Assembly: GCF_000011805.1 (NCBI RefSeq)
Contig: NC_006841.2
Direction: 5' to 3' (one strand)
Length of the DNA: 32,000 bases
Origin: Aliivibrio fischeri ES114
GTDB taxonomy: Bacteria; Pseudomonadota; Gammaproteobacteria; Enterobacterales; Vibrionaceae
Shown: piece by piece, positions 23,501 to 28,863 of the stretch
Position numbering within the stretch: the stretch's first letter is position 1
How the letters are laid out: every line of letters starts with the position of its first letter
Notes under the pieces: model-generated
Seen by the model: the letters and a program-made list of their open reading frames with translations, nothing else
Told to the model about the DNA's origin: nothing
The model's database searches: none
Translations under genes and position numbers: made by a program

Positions 23501-26325
23501 GTATCTAAAGTGATCGTCGGTGGATTCGGTGGAATTTCATCTATATCTGTTACTGTAATATCAAAGCTTTCTTGGCTTGTTGAGCCATCGGTAGAAGTGG
23601 CAATGATCGTGATAGAGTGAGAATCGGCAACTTCATGATCAAGATTGCCAATTAATGTCACTACACCTGTGGTTGCGTCGATAGCAAATAACCCAGCATC
23701 AATATCTGCTTGTGATAATGCATAAGTCACATCATCACCATCTGGATCTGCCGCAAGACCTGTAATATTTACAACCGAGCCAATCTCAGCATTCTCTGAA
23801 ACCGTATTTTCAGCAGTATTTGAATCCGTTACCGGACCCACATCGTTATCCGTGTCGCCGCCGCCCGGTGTCGAACCATCTACATCCGTCACCGCAATAT
23901 CAAAGCTTTCTTGGCTTGTTGAGCCATCGGTAGAAGTGGCTATGATGGTGATAGAGTGAGAGTCTGCGACTTCATGATCTAAGTTACCAATTAATGTCAC
24001 TACACCTGTAGTGGCATCAATAGCAAATAACCCAGCATCAATATCTGCTTGTGATAATGCATAAGTCACATCATCGCCATCTGGATCTGTCGCAAGACCT
24101 GTAATGTTTACGACCGTGCCAATTTCAGCATTCTCTGAAATCGTATTATCCGCTGTATTTGAATCTGTAACAGGACCTACATCGTTATCGGTATCGCCAC
24201 CGCCCGGTGTCGAACCATCCGCATCCGTTACTGTAATATCAAAACTTTCTTGGCTTGTTGAGCCATCGGTAGATGTCGCAATGATGGTGATAGAGTGAGA
24301 ATCGGCAACTTCATGATCAAGATTGCCAATTAATGTCACTACACCTGTGGTTGCGTCGATAGCAAATAACCCAGCATCAATATCTGCTTGTGATAATGCA
24401 TAAGTCACATCATCACCATCTGGATCTGCCGCAAGACCTGTAATATTTACAACCGAGCCAATCTCAGCATTCTCTGAAACCGTATTTTCAGCAGTATTTG
24501 AATCCGTTACCGGACCCACATCGTTATCCGTGTCGCCGCCGCCCGGTGTCGAACCATCTACATCCGTCACCGCAATATCAAAGCTTTCTTGGCTTGTTGA
24601 GCCATCGGTAGAAGTGGCTATGATGGTGATAGAGTGAGAGTCTGCGACTTCATGATCTAAGTTACCAATTAATGTCACTACACCTGTAGTGGCATCAATA
24701 GCAAATAACCCAGCATCAATATCTGCTTGTGATAATGCATAAGTCACATCATCGCCATCTGGATCTGTCGCAAGACCTGTAATGTTTACGACCGTGCCAA
24801 TTTCAGCATTCTCTGAAATCGTATTATCCGCTGTATTTGAATCTGTAACAGGACCTACATCGTTATCGGTATCGCCACCGCCCGGTGTCGAACCATCCGC
24901 ATCCGTTACTGTAATATCAAAACTTTCTTGGCTTGTTGAGCCATCGGTAGATGTCGCAATGATCGTGATAGAGTGAGAATCGGCTACTTCATGATCAAGA
25001 TTGCCAATTAACGTCACAACACCTGTGGTTGCATCAATAGCAAACAGACCTTTCGCAATATCTGCATCTGAGAGCTTATAACTAACCTCATCACCGTCTG
25101 GATCTGTCGCAAGACCTGTAATGTTTACGACCGTGCCAATTTCAGCATTTTCTGACAGGGTATTTTCAGCAGTATTTGAATCTGTAACAGGACCCACATC
25201 GTTATCGGTATCGCCACCACCCGGTGTCGAACCATCTGCATCCGTTACTGCAATATCAAAGCTTTCTTGGCTTGTTGAGCCATCGGTAGATGTCGCAATG
25301 ATGGTAATAGAATGAGAATCCGCAATGTCATGATCGAGATTGCCAATCAAGGTCACCACACCTGTGGTTGCGTCGATAGCAAATAATCCAGCGTCAATGT
25401 CGGCTTGTGATAATGCGTAAGTCACATCATCTCCATCAGGATCAACGGCAAGGCCAGTAATATTTACAACCGTGCCAATCTCAGCATTCTCTGAAATCGT
25501 ATTATCCGCTGCATTCGAGTCCGTTACCGGGCCTACATCGTTATCGGTATCGCCGCCGCCCGGCGTCGAGCCATCCGCGTCCGTTACCGTAATATCAAAA
25601 CTGGCTTCACTTGTTGAGCCATCGGTAGAAGTGGCAATAATAGTGATAGAGTGAGAATCGGCAACTTCATGATCAAGATTACCAATCAGTGTCACCACAC
25701 CTGTGGTTGCGTCGATTTCAAATAACCCAGCATCAATATCTGCTTGTGATAATGCATAAGTCACATCATCGCCATCTGGATCAGTCGCAAGACCTGTGAT
25801 ATTTACTTTATTTCCTATAATTGTATTTTCTGAAACTAGGTTCGCCCTCGTATCATCATCCACAACATTACTAATGATTGTATTATTTGTCCCTTTGAAA
25901 CCTTCATTATCAATACTACCGTTTTCTCTATAGGCTTTATATTGTTCTAATAATGTTAAGCTCTGTGTTTTAGAAAAACCAATTGCTTCTAATGAAGAAG
26001 TATCAAAATCAGTTTCAGCTATAGAACTTTTACCTATTCGTTCAATCTCAGTAGACGTTGTTAAACTTGATCCTGAATCTTCACCAGCAGCTGGTGCTTC
26101 GGTAATTAAGGAAGGATCCTCCCCATCAATAATGGCGTTTAGAATCTCTTCAATATCCTTATTTTCTTCAGGTATATCATTAGGATCTAACGATACATTC
26201 TCATTACCATTATTAAGTAAAATTTCCCCGGGTAATACTTTATCGCCTGCATTGATTAGTTTTAAATTGCCATTTTTATCAATGACAATAAGTTGTTCTT
26301 TGCTTGCTGATATATTTAAGGCCAT
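14524..26325 (-). CDS. Giant LapA/LapV-type RTX adhesin secreted by a type I system (3933 aa)
   Basis: Single intact ORF: N-terminal retention-like module and PAAG motif, 7 cadherin/VCBS-like repeats, 15 Ig-like repeats, vWA domain with DSSGSMG, RTX nonapeptides, C-terminal secretion-signal region; flanked by T1SS genes. Confidence 0.92.
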   Translation of the reverse strand: MALNISASKEQLIVIDKNGNLKLINAGDKVLPGEILLNNGNENVSLDPNDIPEENKDIEEILNAIIDGEDPSLITEAPAAGEDSGSSLTTSTEIERIGKSSIAETDFDTSSLEAIGFSKTQSLTLLEQYKAYRENGSIDNEGFKGTNNTIISNVVDDDTRANLVSENTIIGNKVNITGLATDPDGDDVTYALSQADIDAGLFEIDATTGVVTLIGNLDHEVADSHSITIIATSTDGSTSEASFDITVTDADGSTPGGGDTDNDVGPVTDSNAADNTISENAEIGTVVNITGLAVDPDGDDVTYALSQADIDAGLFAIDATTGVVTLIGNLDHDIADSHSITIIATSTDGSTSQESFDIAVTDADGSTPGGGDTDNDVGPVTDSNTAENTLSENAEIGTVVNITGLATDPDGDEVSYKLSDADIAKGLFAIDATTGVVTLIGNLDHEVADSHSITIIATSTDGSTSQESFDITVTDADGSTPGGGDTDNDVGPVTDSNTADNTISENAEIGTVVNITGLATDPDGDDVTYALSQADIDAGLFAIDATTGVVTLIGNLDHEVADSHSITIIATSTDGSTSQESFDIAVTDVDGSTPGGGDTDNDVGPVTDSNTAENTVSENAEIGSVVNITGLAADPDGDDVTYALSQADIDAGLFAIDATTGVVTLIGNLDHEVADSHSITIIATSTDGSTSQESFDITVTDADGSTPGGGDTDNDVGPVTDSNTADNTISENAEIGTVVNITGLATDPDGDDVTYALSQADIDAGLFAIDATTGVVTLIGNLDHEVADSHSITIIATSTDGSTSQESFDIAVTDVDGSTPGGGDTDNDVGPVTDSNTAENTVSENAEIGSVVNITGLAADPDGDDVTYALSQADIDAGLFAIDATTGVVTLIGNLDHEVADSHSITIIATSTDGSTSQESFDITVTDIDEIPPNPPTITLDTDSGKLGDDFLTNDGSFTVTPSEVGNTVEYQAADGSWSTTPPAVVEGDNSITVRETDAAGNVSDSSTLDFVLDTQAPNAPTITLDVDSGISDGDLLTNDGSFTVTPSEDGNTVEYFVNGAWTTDAPVVVEGDNSIVVRETDAAGNVSDSSTLDFVLDTQAPNAPTITLDTDSGISNGDLLTNDGSFTVTPSEVGNTVEYQAADGSWSTIPPAVVEGDNSITVRETDAAGNVSGSSSLDFVLDTQAPNAPTITLDVDSGISNGDLLTNDGSFTVTPSEVGNTVEYQAADGSWSTTPPAVVEGDNSITVRETDTAGNVSGSSTLDLVLDTQAPNAPTITLDTDSGKLGNDFLTNDGSFTVTPSEVGNTVEYQAADGSWSTTPPEVVEGDNSITVRETDAAGNVSGSNTLDFVLDTQAPSAPIITLDTDSGKLGDDFLTNDGSFTVTPSEVGNTVEYFVNGAWTTDAPVVVEGDNSIVVRETDAAGNVSGSSTLDFVLDTQAPNAPTITLDTDSGISDGDLLTNDGSFTVTPSEDGNTVEYQAADGSWSTTPPEVVEGDNSITVRETDAAGNVSGSSTLDFVLDTKAPNAPTITLDTDSGISNGDLLTNDGSFTVTPSEVGNTVEYQAADGSWSTTPPEVVEGDNSIIVRETDAAGNVSGSNTLDFVLDTQAPNAPTITLDTDSGISNGDLLTNDGSFIVTPSEVGNTVEYFVNGEWTIDAPIATEGANSITVRETDAAGNVSGSSTLDFVLDTQAPNAPIITLDTDSGKLGNDFLTNDGSFTVTPSEVGNTVEYQAADGSWSTTPPAVVEGDNSITVRETDAAGNVSDSSTLDFVLDTQAPNAPTITLDVDSGISDGDLLTNDGSFTVTPSEDGNTVEYFVNGEWTTDAPVVVEGDNSIVVRETDTAGNVSGSSTLDFVLDTQAPNAPTITLDVDSGISNGDLLTNDGSFTVTPSEVGNTVEYQAADGSWSTTPTPPAVVEGDNSITVRETDTAGNVSGSNTLDFVLDTQAPNAPTITLDTDSGISDGDLLTNDGSFTVTPSEVGNTVEYQAADGSWSTTPPAVVEGDNSITVRETDAAGNVSDSSTLDFVLDTQAPNAPTITLDTDSGISNGDLLTNDGSFTVTPSEVGNTVEYQAADGSWSTIPPAVVEGDNSITVRETDAAGNVSGSSSLDFVLDTQAPNAPTITLDVDSGISNGDLLTNDGSFTVTPSEVGNTVEYQAADGSWSTTPPAVVEGDNSITVRETDAAGNVSDSSTLDFVLDTSANAGSVIVDNITEDDVINASESGESIMVSGTAIGGDISKDDVVTMIINGQSYETTVNQDGSWSVAVDGGDLAADTEFEVSVSSSDDAGNIVESKVTSLHTVDTQTGTDGAAPTVVITEDTSPNDGLISASELVGDIDVSIGLPTGALEDEVITVSDGNTTKEIILTAAHLIAGTITTTFPSPGEGNEIKVTATLTDQYGNESETGEDVAVIDTLAEAGAVTVANITEDDVINASESGETIIVTGTAIGGDISKDDVVTMIINGQSYETVVNQDGTWSVEVAGSDLAEDTEFEVVVKSSDDAGNTVESKVTSTHTVDTDVLTETDGDGNTGITSDITDATNSGSNDDTITNDATPDITGVTEAGAKVTITYRDASDTLRTATSTASANGVYTIAILHALAEGSNLIDIVAVDLAGNTVSTTQDVTVDTKVLTETVGDGDLGITSDITDNTNTGSNSDTVTNNTTPDITGVTEAGAKVTITYTDKDGVIHTTDEVTANQNGEYTISLPYQLNEGANALTVTAIDIAGNKTEVIQDVTINADPIANDFDIQLVDDISTQFSFDAYVSDLEDDENDTDNKFVDIMITVSPEFGTLYVVDGDTRTEITSSTILTESDQIEYVLDGSINDDLSFNAQEDFAPNYSNGSVNSFTLVSGVIISGGQFTGDSPDNTSTLTPETLYYDNVAQETGLGVGNSEIDVKTKDYVEIDFSNVGSPNTTEVVITEVNMDFGSVWGNYSENSSADAKVQVLLFKDGVLVGESPYTFDDESNGIYDGSGEFTANIQLDSGFDQIRVYTIHGEGSTSPNSNLTLQGVEVVDAMVSEDIHYQATDSDDAIDTGVITISTDSTDKATNNAPIVDNSVFSETYEDVAIPLNLSELLISDLDGDDVTLTNITVDPAFGSLELIFNGNEVIGAIFTPVENKHSDSNSPVEFTVTVSDGHKTSTGTAEMIVNAQADKPTVSLVLGEPVITNSAPNFDTSDVEAIKEYFENGGTIPGVGNVTYNAAMVVADDGNNLIIGTPLGDNLIGDAVHGTGNDVFVGGGLNDSIYGGTGPLDSGIDAVIYSGSIDEYLITNQGGAHGGGVDHWVVTDTLGRDTGYDHTAPEDNGDQLYHIERLVFSDAIVELNPDGSYTIIQNVEIPLDLSASVTDLDGSESLESLVLSGLSENAVILDENKQPIGTYDEATGNWILPVGTGNQTVDFSNLSIQVPKSESDFTLKATATAIEASNSDASSGDAEATLPQDILVDQGGSLPTTLITLALDSSGSMGDVEVDDKERMQLVLESSIKLLEDIQNQPNSGTVQVQLIDFDNRHSDETNDTATSLGWYSVADAITHLQDAIEIEMISDPYYIGGGTDYSEAIYAILDGYSNDKVPNDVDLSNTNDVIYFISDGHNNEVIPADLLVQWNEFIEDKEVKAVGVINDGTNNPYLGGLTDISYNVIYIEDKELYTVLPQLKPTIGQQGALTGSLTGIANSELVIETSKINILKVIDQDGNVSSESVGINLYEEKLQLITDYGNLLINKDGSYLFQPIDNPTLIDSGKSVTYELAYTVIDGEGVEHLQQATLNVSPSDETNIQINHSLSGSTNNDLVIGSDEDDVIFAHQGNDILIGGLGDDILVGGIGDDIFKWVDQGADSGIDTIKDFTKGEDLIDITEILNDDVHQNDLNDLLEHITISEDGDDLTLSITDDAGKDHTIVVEGGIGSFGLDNANFSNQAEILTKLLDEQLFKLDDTI
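14848..14975 (-). other. C-terminal RTX calcium-binding nonapeptide block in adhesin
   Basis: Encodes VIGSDEDDVIFAHQGNDILIGGLGDDILVGGIGDDIFKW (GGxGxDxxx repeats). Confidence 0.85.
15360..15970 (-). other. von Willebrand factor A domain in adhesin (approximate bounds)
   Basis: TTLITLALDSSGSMG (MIDAS DxSxS, coding bases about 15922-15942), followed by GGGTDYSEAI and VIYFISDG, as in vWA folds. Confidence 0.85.
16571..16692 (-). other. Second, internal RTX-like block in adhesin
   Basis: Encodes NNLIIGTPLGDNLIGDAVHGTGNDVFVGGGLNDSIYGG, N-terminal to the vWA domain. Confidence 0.6.
19723..23541 (-). repeat. Tandem array of 15 bacterial Ig-like repeats (84-87 aa, about 255 bp each)
   Basis: Unit DTQAPNAPTITLDTDSGISNGDLLTNDGSFTVTPSEVGNTVEYQAADGSWSTTPPAVVEGDNSITVRETDAAGNVSGSSTLDFVL, counted 15 times in the supplied translation; the array length agrees with nucleotide coordinates. 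Confidence 0.93.
23542..25842 (-). repeat. Tandem array of 7 cadherin/VCBS-like repeats (113 aa, 339-bp period)
   Basis: Unit NTISENAEIGTVVNITGLATDPDGDDVTYALSQADIDAGLFAIDATTGVVTLIGNLDHEVADSHSITIIATSTDGSTSQESFDIAVTD plus linker GSTPGGGDTDNDVGPVTDSNTA. The antisense ORF starts at 24104, 24782 and 25121 confirm a 339-bp period. Confidence 0.93.
26083..26094 (-). other. Candidate LapG protease cleavage motif (PAAG, residues 78-81) in adhesin N-terminus
   Basis: Context SLITEAPAAGEDSGSS, following an N-terminal module QLIVIDKNGNLKLINAGDKVLPGEILL that resembles LapA retention modules. Confidence 0.65.
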
Positions 26326-26864
26326 GAAGAGATTCCTAAATCCATTTATTCATATTAACTATCTCCATCCAAGATCATAGTTATCTACGCAATAAATTTA
26401 TCACACCCTTAACATTTCATCCACAAAGTAACATCATCAAAAACTAGATAACTAACGTATGTTATCGGTCTTTTTTTCATGATTTCTTAATTTTACGCCC
26501 GAGCTCACAAATGTGATATTTATTCCAAAATAAGTGTAAGATTATTTAACAGAGGAACTTACCTCTCTCTTTTTTAAGACAAAGAAGTTAAAAATCTCAG
26601 TTATGTGCCTAATAAAATTTGCTTTTTTATTCTGTTTTTATCGAAACCTTCAACTTTATTTTATTTTATTTGTGCAAAAATGTTACTAATTATATTTCAA
26701 CAAGTTATTTTTTGCTTTTCAAGTCAACATAACGTAGCATTTCTAACAAATAGTACACATAATAAGTACAGAGTAATGACATTATGTTATTATTAACTCA
26801 TTGATAAAATTGTTAATACCTTCTTCATTTATGGTTTAAAGATACGATTATTAGGAGAAACACT

Positions 26865-28181
26865 TTGAAATGGATAAAACTCGCAACATGCAGCAGTTTG
26901 CTTGTTTTGAGCGTATCTTCACAAGCTCAAACTTTAGAGCAAGCAATATCTCAAACCTTAACGACGAATCCTGAGGTAAAGAAAGCTTATAACTCTTATA
27001 TGAGCTTTGTTGAGGATAGTAATAGTGTTGATGGTAATTATTTACCTTCTATAGATCTTGATGCTGGTATTGGATATGAACAAATCAACCCAGCAAGCGG
27101 AAACGACACAAGCTTAACCCGAAAAGATGCAACGCTATCTCTAACCCAATTAATCTGGGATGGCTCAAACACGATCAATGATATGGATCGAACGGAAGCT
27201 GAAGCTGAATCTGCAAGATTACAACTGCTATCTTTAGCTGAAAACAAAGCTCTTGATGTGTCACAAGTTTATTTAGATGCGGTTAAAGCAACTGAAATTC
27301 TCGCATTATCTGAAAGCAATCTAGCTATTCATAAGAAAATTTATAAAGACATAAAAAAACGAGCGGCTTCTGGGATAGGCTCAACAGCTGATGTATCTCA
27401 AGTTGAAGCTCGTATCGCTAGAGCTCATGGTAATTTACTTGCTGCTCAAAATAACCTTTTTGATACTCATACTGTATTTACACAAATTGTAGGCTCTCCT
27501 CCTCAAGCTCTTATATACCCAAGAGCAGATGCGAATACCTTACCTTTAAGTTTACAAGAAGGTATTGATAGAGCATTTAAACATCATCCAGTAATTTTAA
27601 CTGCTCAATCAGATATTCAAGCAGCTAAATTTCAATATGCTCAATCAAAAAGTAATAACTATCCAACATTTTCCTTAGAAGCTGCTCAAACATGGCGTGA
27701 TGACGCGGGAGGCATTGAAGGTAATAGTGACGAGTTTTCTGCAATGGTTCGCATGCGCTATAACCTATACAATGGCGGCACGGATAGCTCTCTATCTGAA
27801 AAAAGCGCATATCAATTAAATATGGCGAAAGATTTGCGAGATAGTGCTTATAGAAATGTAGAACAAGGCCTGCGCTTGTCTTGGAGTGCGCTAGATTTAA
27901 CCTTACAACAAAAAGAATTTTTAGCCGATCACGTTGATGCAGCGACAGATACCGTCATTGCTTATGAAAAACAATATCGTATAGGTAAACGTACACTACT
28001 CGATTTACTCAATACTGAAAATGAACTTTTTGAAGCAAGAAAATCATATCTTGATGCTCACTATGCAGAACAATTTGCAAAATACAGAGTATTGCACGCA
28101 ACTGGAACATTATTACCATCACTGTTAATCGATACTCCACAAGAGTGGGACAATAAAAACGAAAAAGAAGAGGAGAAATAA
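26865..28181 (+). CDS. TolC-family outer membrane protein of type I secretion system (LapE/AggA-like)
   Basis: 438-aa ORF with signal peptide and TolC signature (TLEQAISQTLTTNPEVKKAYN..., GKRTLLDLLNTENELFEARKSYLDAHY); upstream AGGAG ribosome-binding site. Confidence 0.92.
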   Translation: MKWIKLATCSSLLVLSVSSQAQTLEQAISQTLTTNPEVKKAYNSYMSFVEDSNSVDGNYLPSIDLDAGIGYEQINPASGNDTSLTRKDATLSLTQLIWDGSNTINDMDRTEAEAESARLQLLSLAENKALDVSQVYLDAVKATEILALSESNLAIHKKIYKDIKKRAASGIGSTADVSQVEARIARAHGNLLAAQNNLFDTHTVFTQIVGSPPQALIYPRADANTLPLSLQEGIDRAFKHHPVILTAQSDIQAAKFQYAQSKSNNYPTFSLEAAQTWRDDAGGIEGNSDEFSAMVRMRYNLYNGGTDSSLSEKSAYQLNMAKDLRDSAYRNVEQGLRLSWSALDLTLQQKEFLADHVDAATDTVIAYEKQYRIGKRTLLDLLNTENELFEARKSYLDAHYAEQFAKYRVLHATGTLLPSLLIDTPQEWDNKNEKEEEK

Positions 28182-28183
28182 TT

Positions 28184-28792
28184 ATGAAGCAATCAATTTA
28201 CCCTCTAATTATTGCTAGCCTTTTCTTAACAGGCTGTGTTTCAGGTGATAAAGATTACATTGAAACACCTACATCAGATCAAATCGCAGATTTAAGAGAT
28301 GATGACAATGATGGTGTAATTAACGCAAGAGACATTTGTCCTGGAACCCCTAGAGGTGCTCAAATTGACAATGATGGCTGCGCAGAATATGTCGAGCATT
28401 CAGATAAAAAAGATCTGAAGATCTTGTTTGCAAATGACTCATCAGAAATATCCCCAATATTCAAAACTGAAATACGCACCATGGCGGAATTTTTAGAAGA
28501 GTACCCTGAAACATCGATTCAACTACAAGGATTTGCAAGCCAACAAGGTAATGCTGAATATAATATTCGCTTATCAGAATTACGAGCTGCTGCTGTACGT
28601 GTCGCTTTAATCGAATATGGCGTTGATCCTCAACGTATTGAAACCATAGGCTTTGGTGACACACTATTAACAGCTAAAGGCGACTCAGCTGTTAGCCATG
28701 CTCTAAACCGTCGTGTAGTAGCGACAGTAGTTGGATTTAAGGGTGACGTTGTCAATGAATGGAATATTTTTACATCTCGTAAAAAGAGATAA
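28184..28792 (+). CDS. OmpA-family lipoprotein with TSP3-like calcium-binding segment
   Basis: Lipobox LTGCVS; DDDNDGVINARDICPGTPRGAQIDNDGC; OmpA C-terminal peptidoglycan-binding domain (IQLQGFASQQGNAEYNIRLSELRAAAVR...GFGDTLL...LNRRVVATVVG). Starts 2 nt after the TolC-family stop. Confidence 0.92.
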   Translation: MKQSIYPLIIASLFLTGCVSGDKDYIETPTSDQIADLRDDDNDGVINARDICPGTPRGAQIDNDGCAEYVEHSDKKDLKILFANDSSEISPIFKTEIRTMAEFLEEYPETSIQLQGFASQQGNAEYNIRLSELRAAAVRVALIEYGVDPQRIETIGFGDTLLTAKGDSAVSHALNRRVVATVVGFKGDVVNEWNIFTSRKKR

Positions 28793-28806
28793 CATTATCT
28801 AGCCAG

Positions 28807-28846
28807 AAAAAAGCCCCTCAATGACATTCATTAAGGGGCTTTTTAT
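28807..28846. terminator. Bidirectional Rho-independent terminator
   Basis: AAAAAGCCCCTCAATG ... CATTAAGGGGCTTTTT between convergent genes. Confidence 0.88.
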
Positions 28847-28863
28847 TACAGAATAAAAGAAGT

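Noticed and set aside
19723-25842. Direct repeats that could superficially suggest a CRISPR or satellite array
   Set aside because: Units are 255 and 339 bp, contiguous, in frame and encode protein domains; no short repeats with unique spacers and no cas genes.
14524-26325. Possibility that the giant ORF is a prophage tail or polymorphic toxin protein
   Set aside because: No phage genes nearby and no toxin/immunity module at the C-terminus; RTX repeats, vWA domain and adjacent T1SS genes support an adhesin.
26340-26360. Possible five-codon leader ORF (ATGAATAAATGGATTTAG, MNKWI) just before the adhesin start
   Set aside because: So short that chance is the likelier explanation; no attenuation structure seen.
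16982-26380. Many plus-strand ORFs (60-156 aa) opposite the adhesin, often near-identical to each other
   Set aside because: They are antisense reading frames recurring with the 255/339-bp repeat period; no independent ribosome-binding sites or family resemblance. Treated as repeat-driven artefacts.
26550-26576. Small hairpin AGAGG-AACTTA-CCTCT followed by CTCTTTTTT on the plus strand
   Set aside because: Only a 5-bp stem and no upstream plus-strand gene; insufficient to call a terminator or sRNA.
26605-26796. 64-aa plus-strand ORF in the adhesin/TolC intergenic region
   Set aside because: Low-complexity F/I/L-rich translation of AT-rich DNA, no ribosome-binding site or conserved features; not called as a gene.
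27038-28664. Minus-strand ORFs 27038-27247, 27625-27810 and 28461-28664
   Set aside because: Antisense to the TolC-family and OmpA-family genes without supporting signals.
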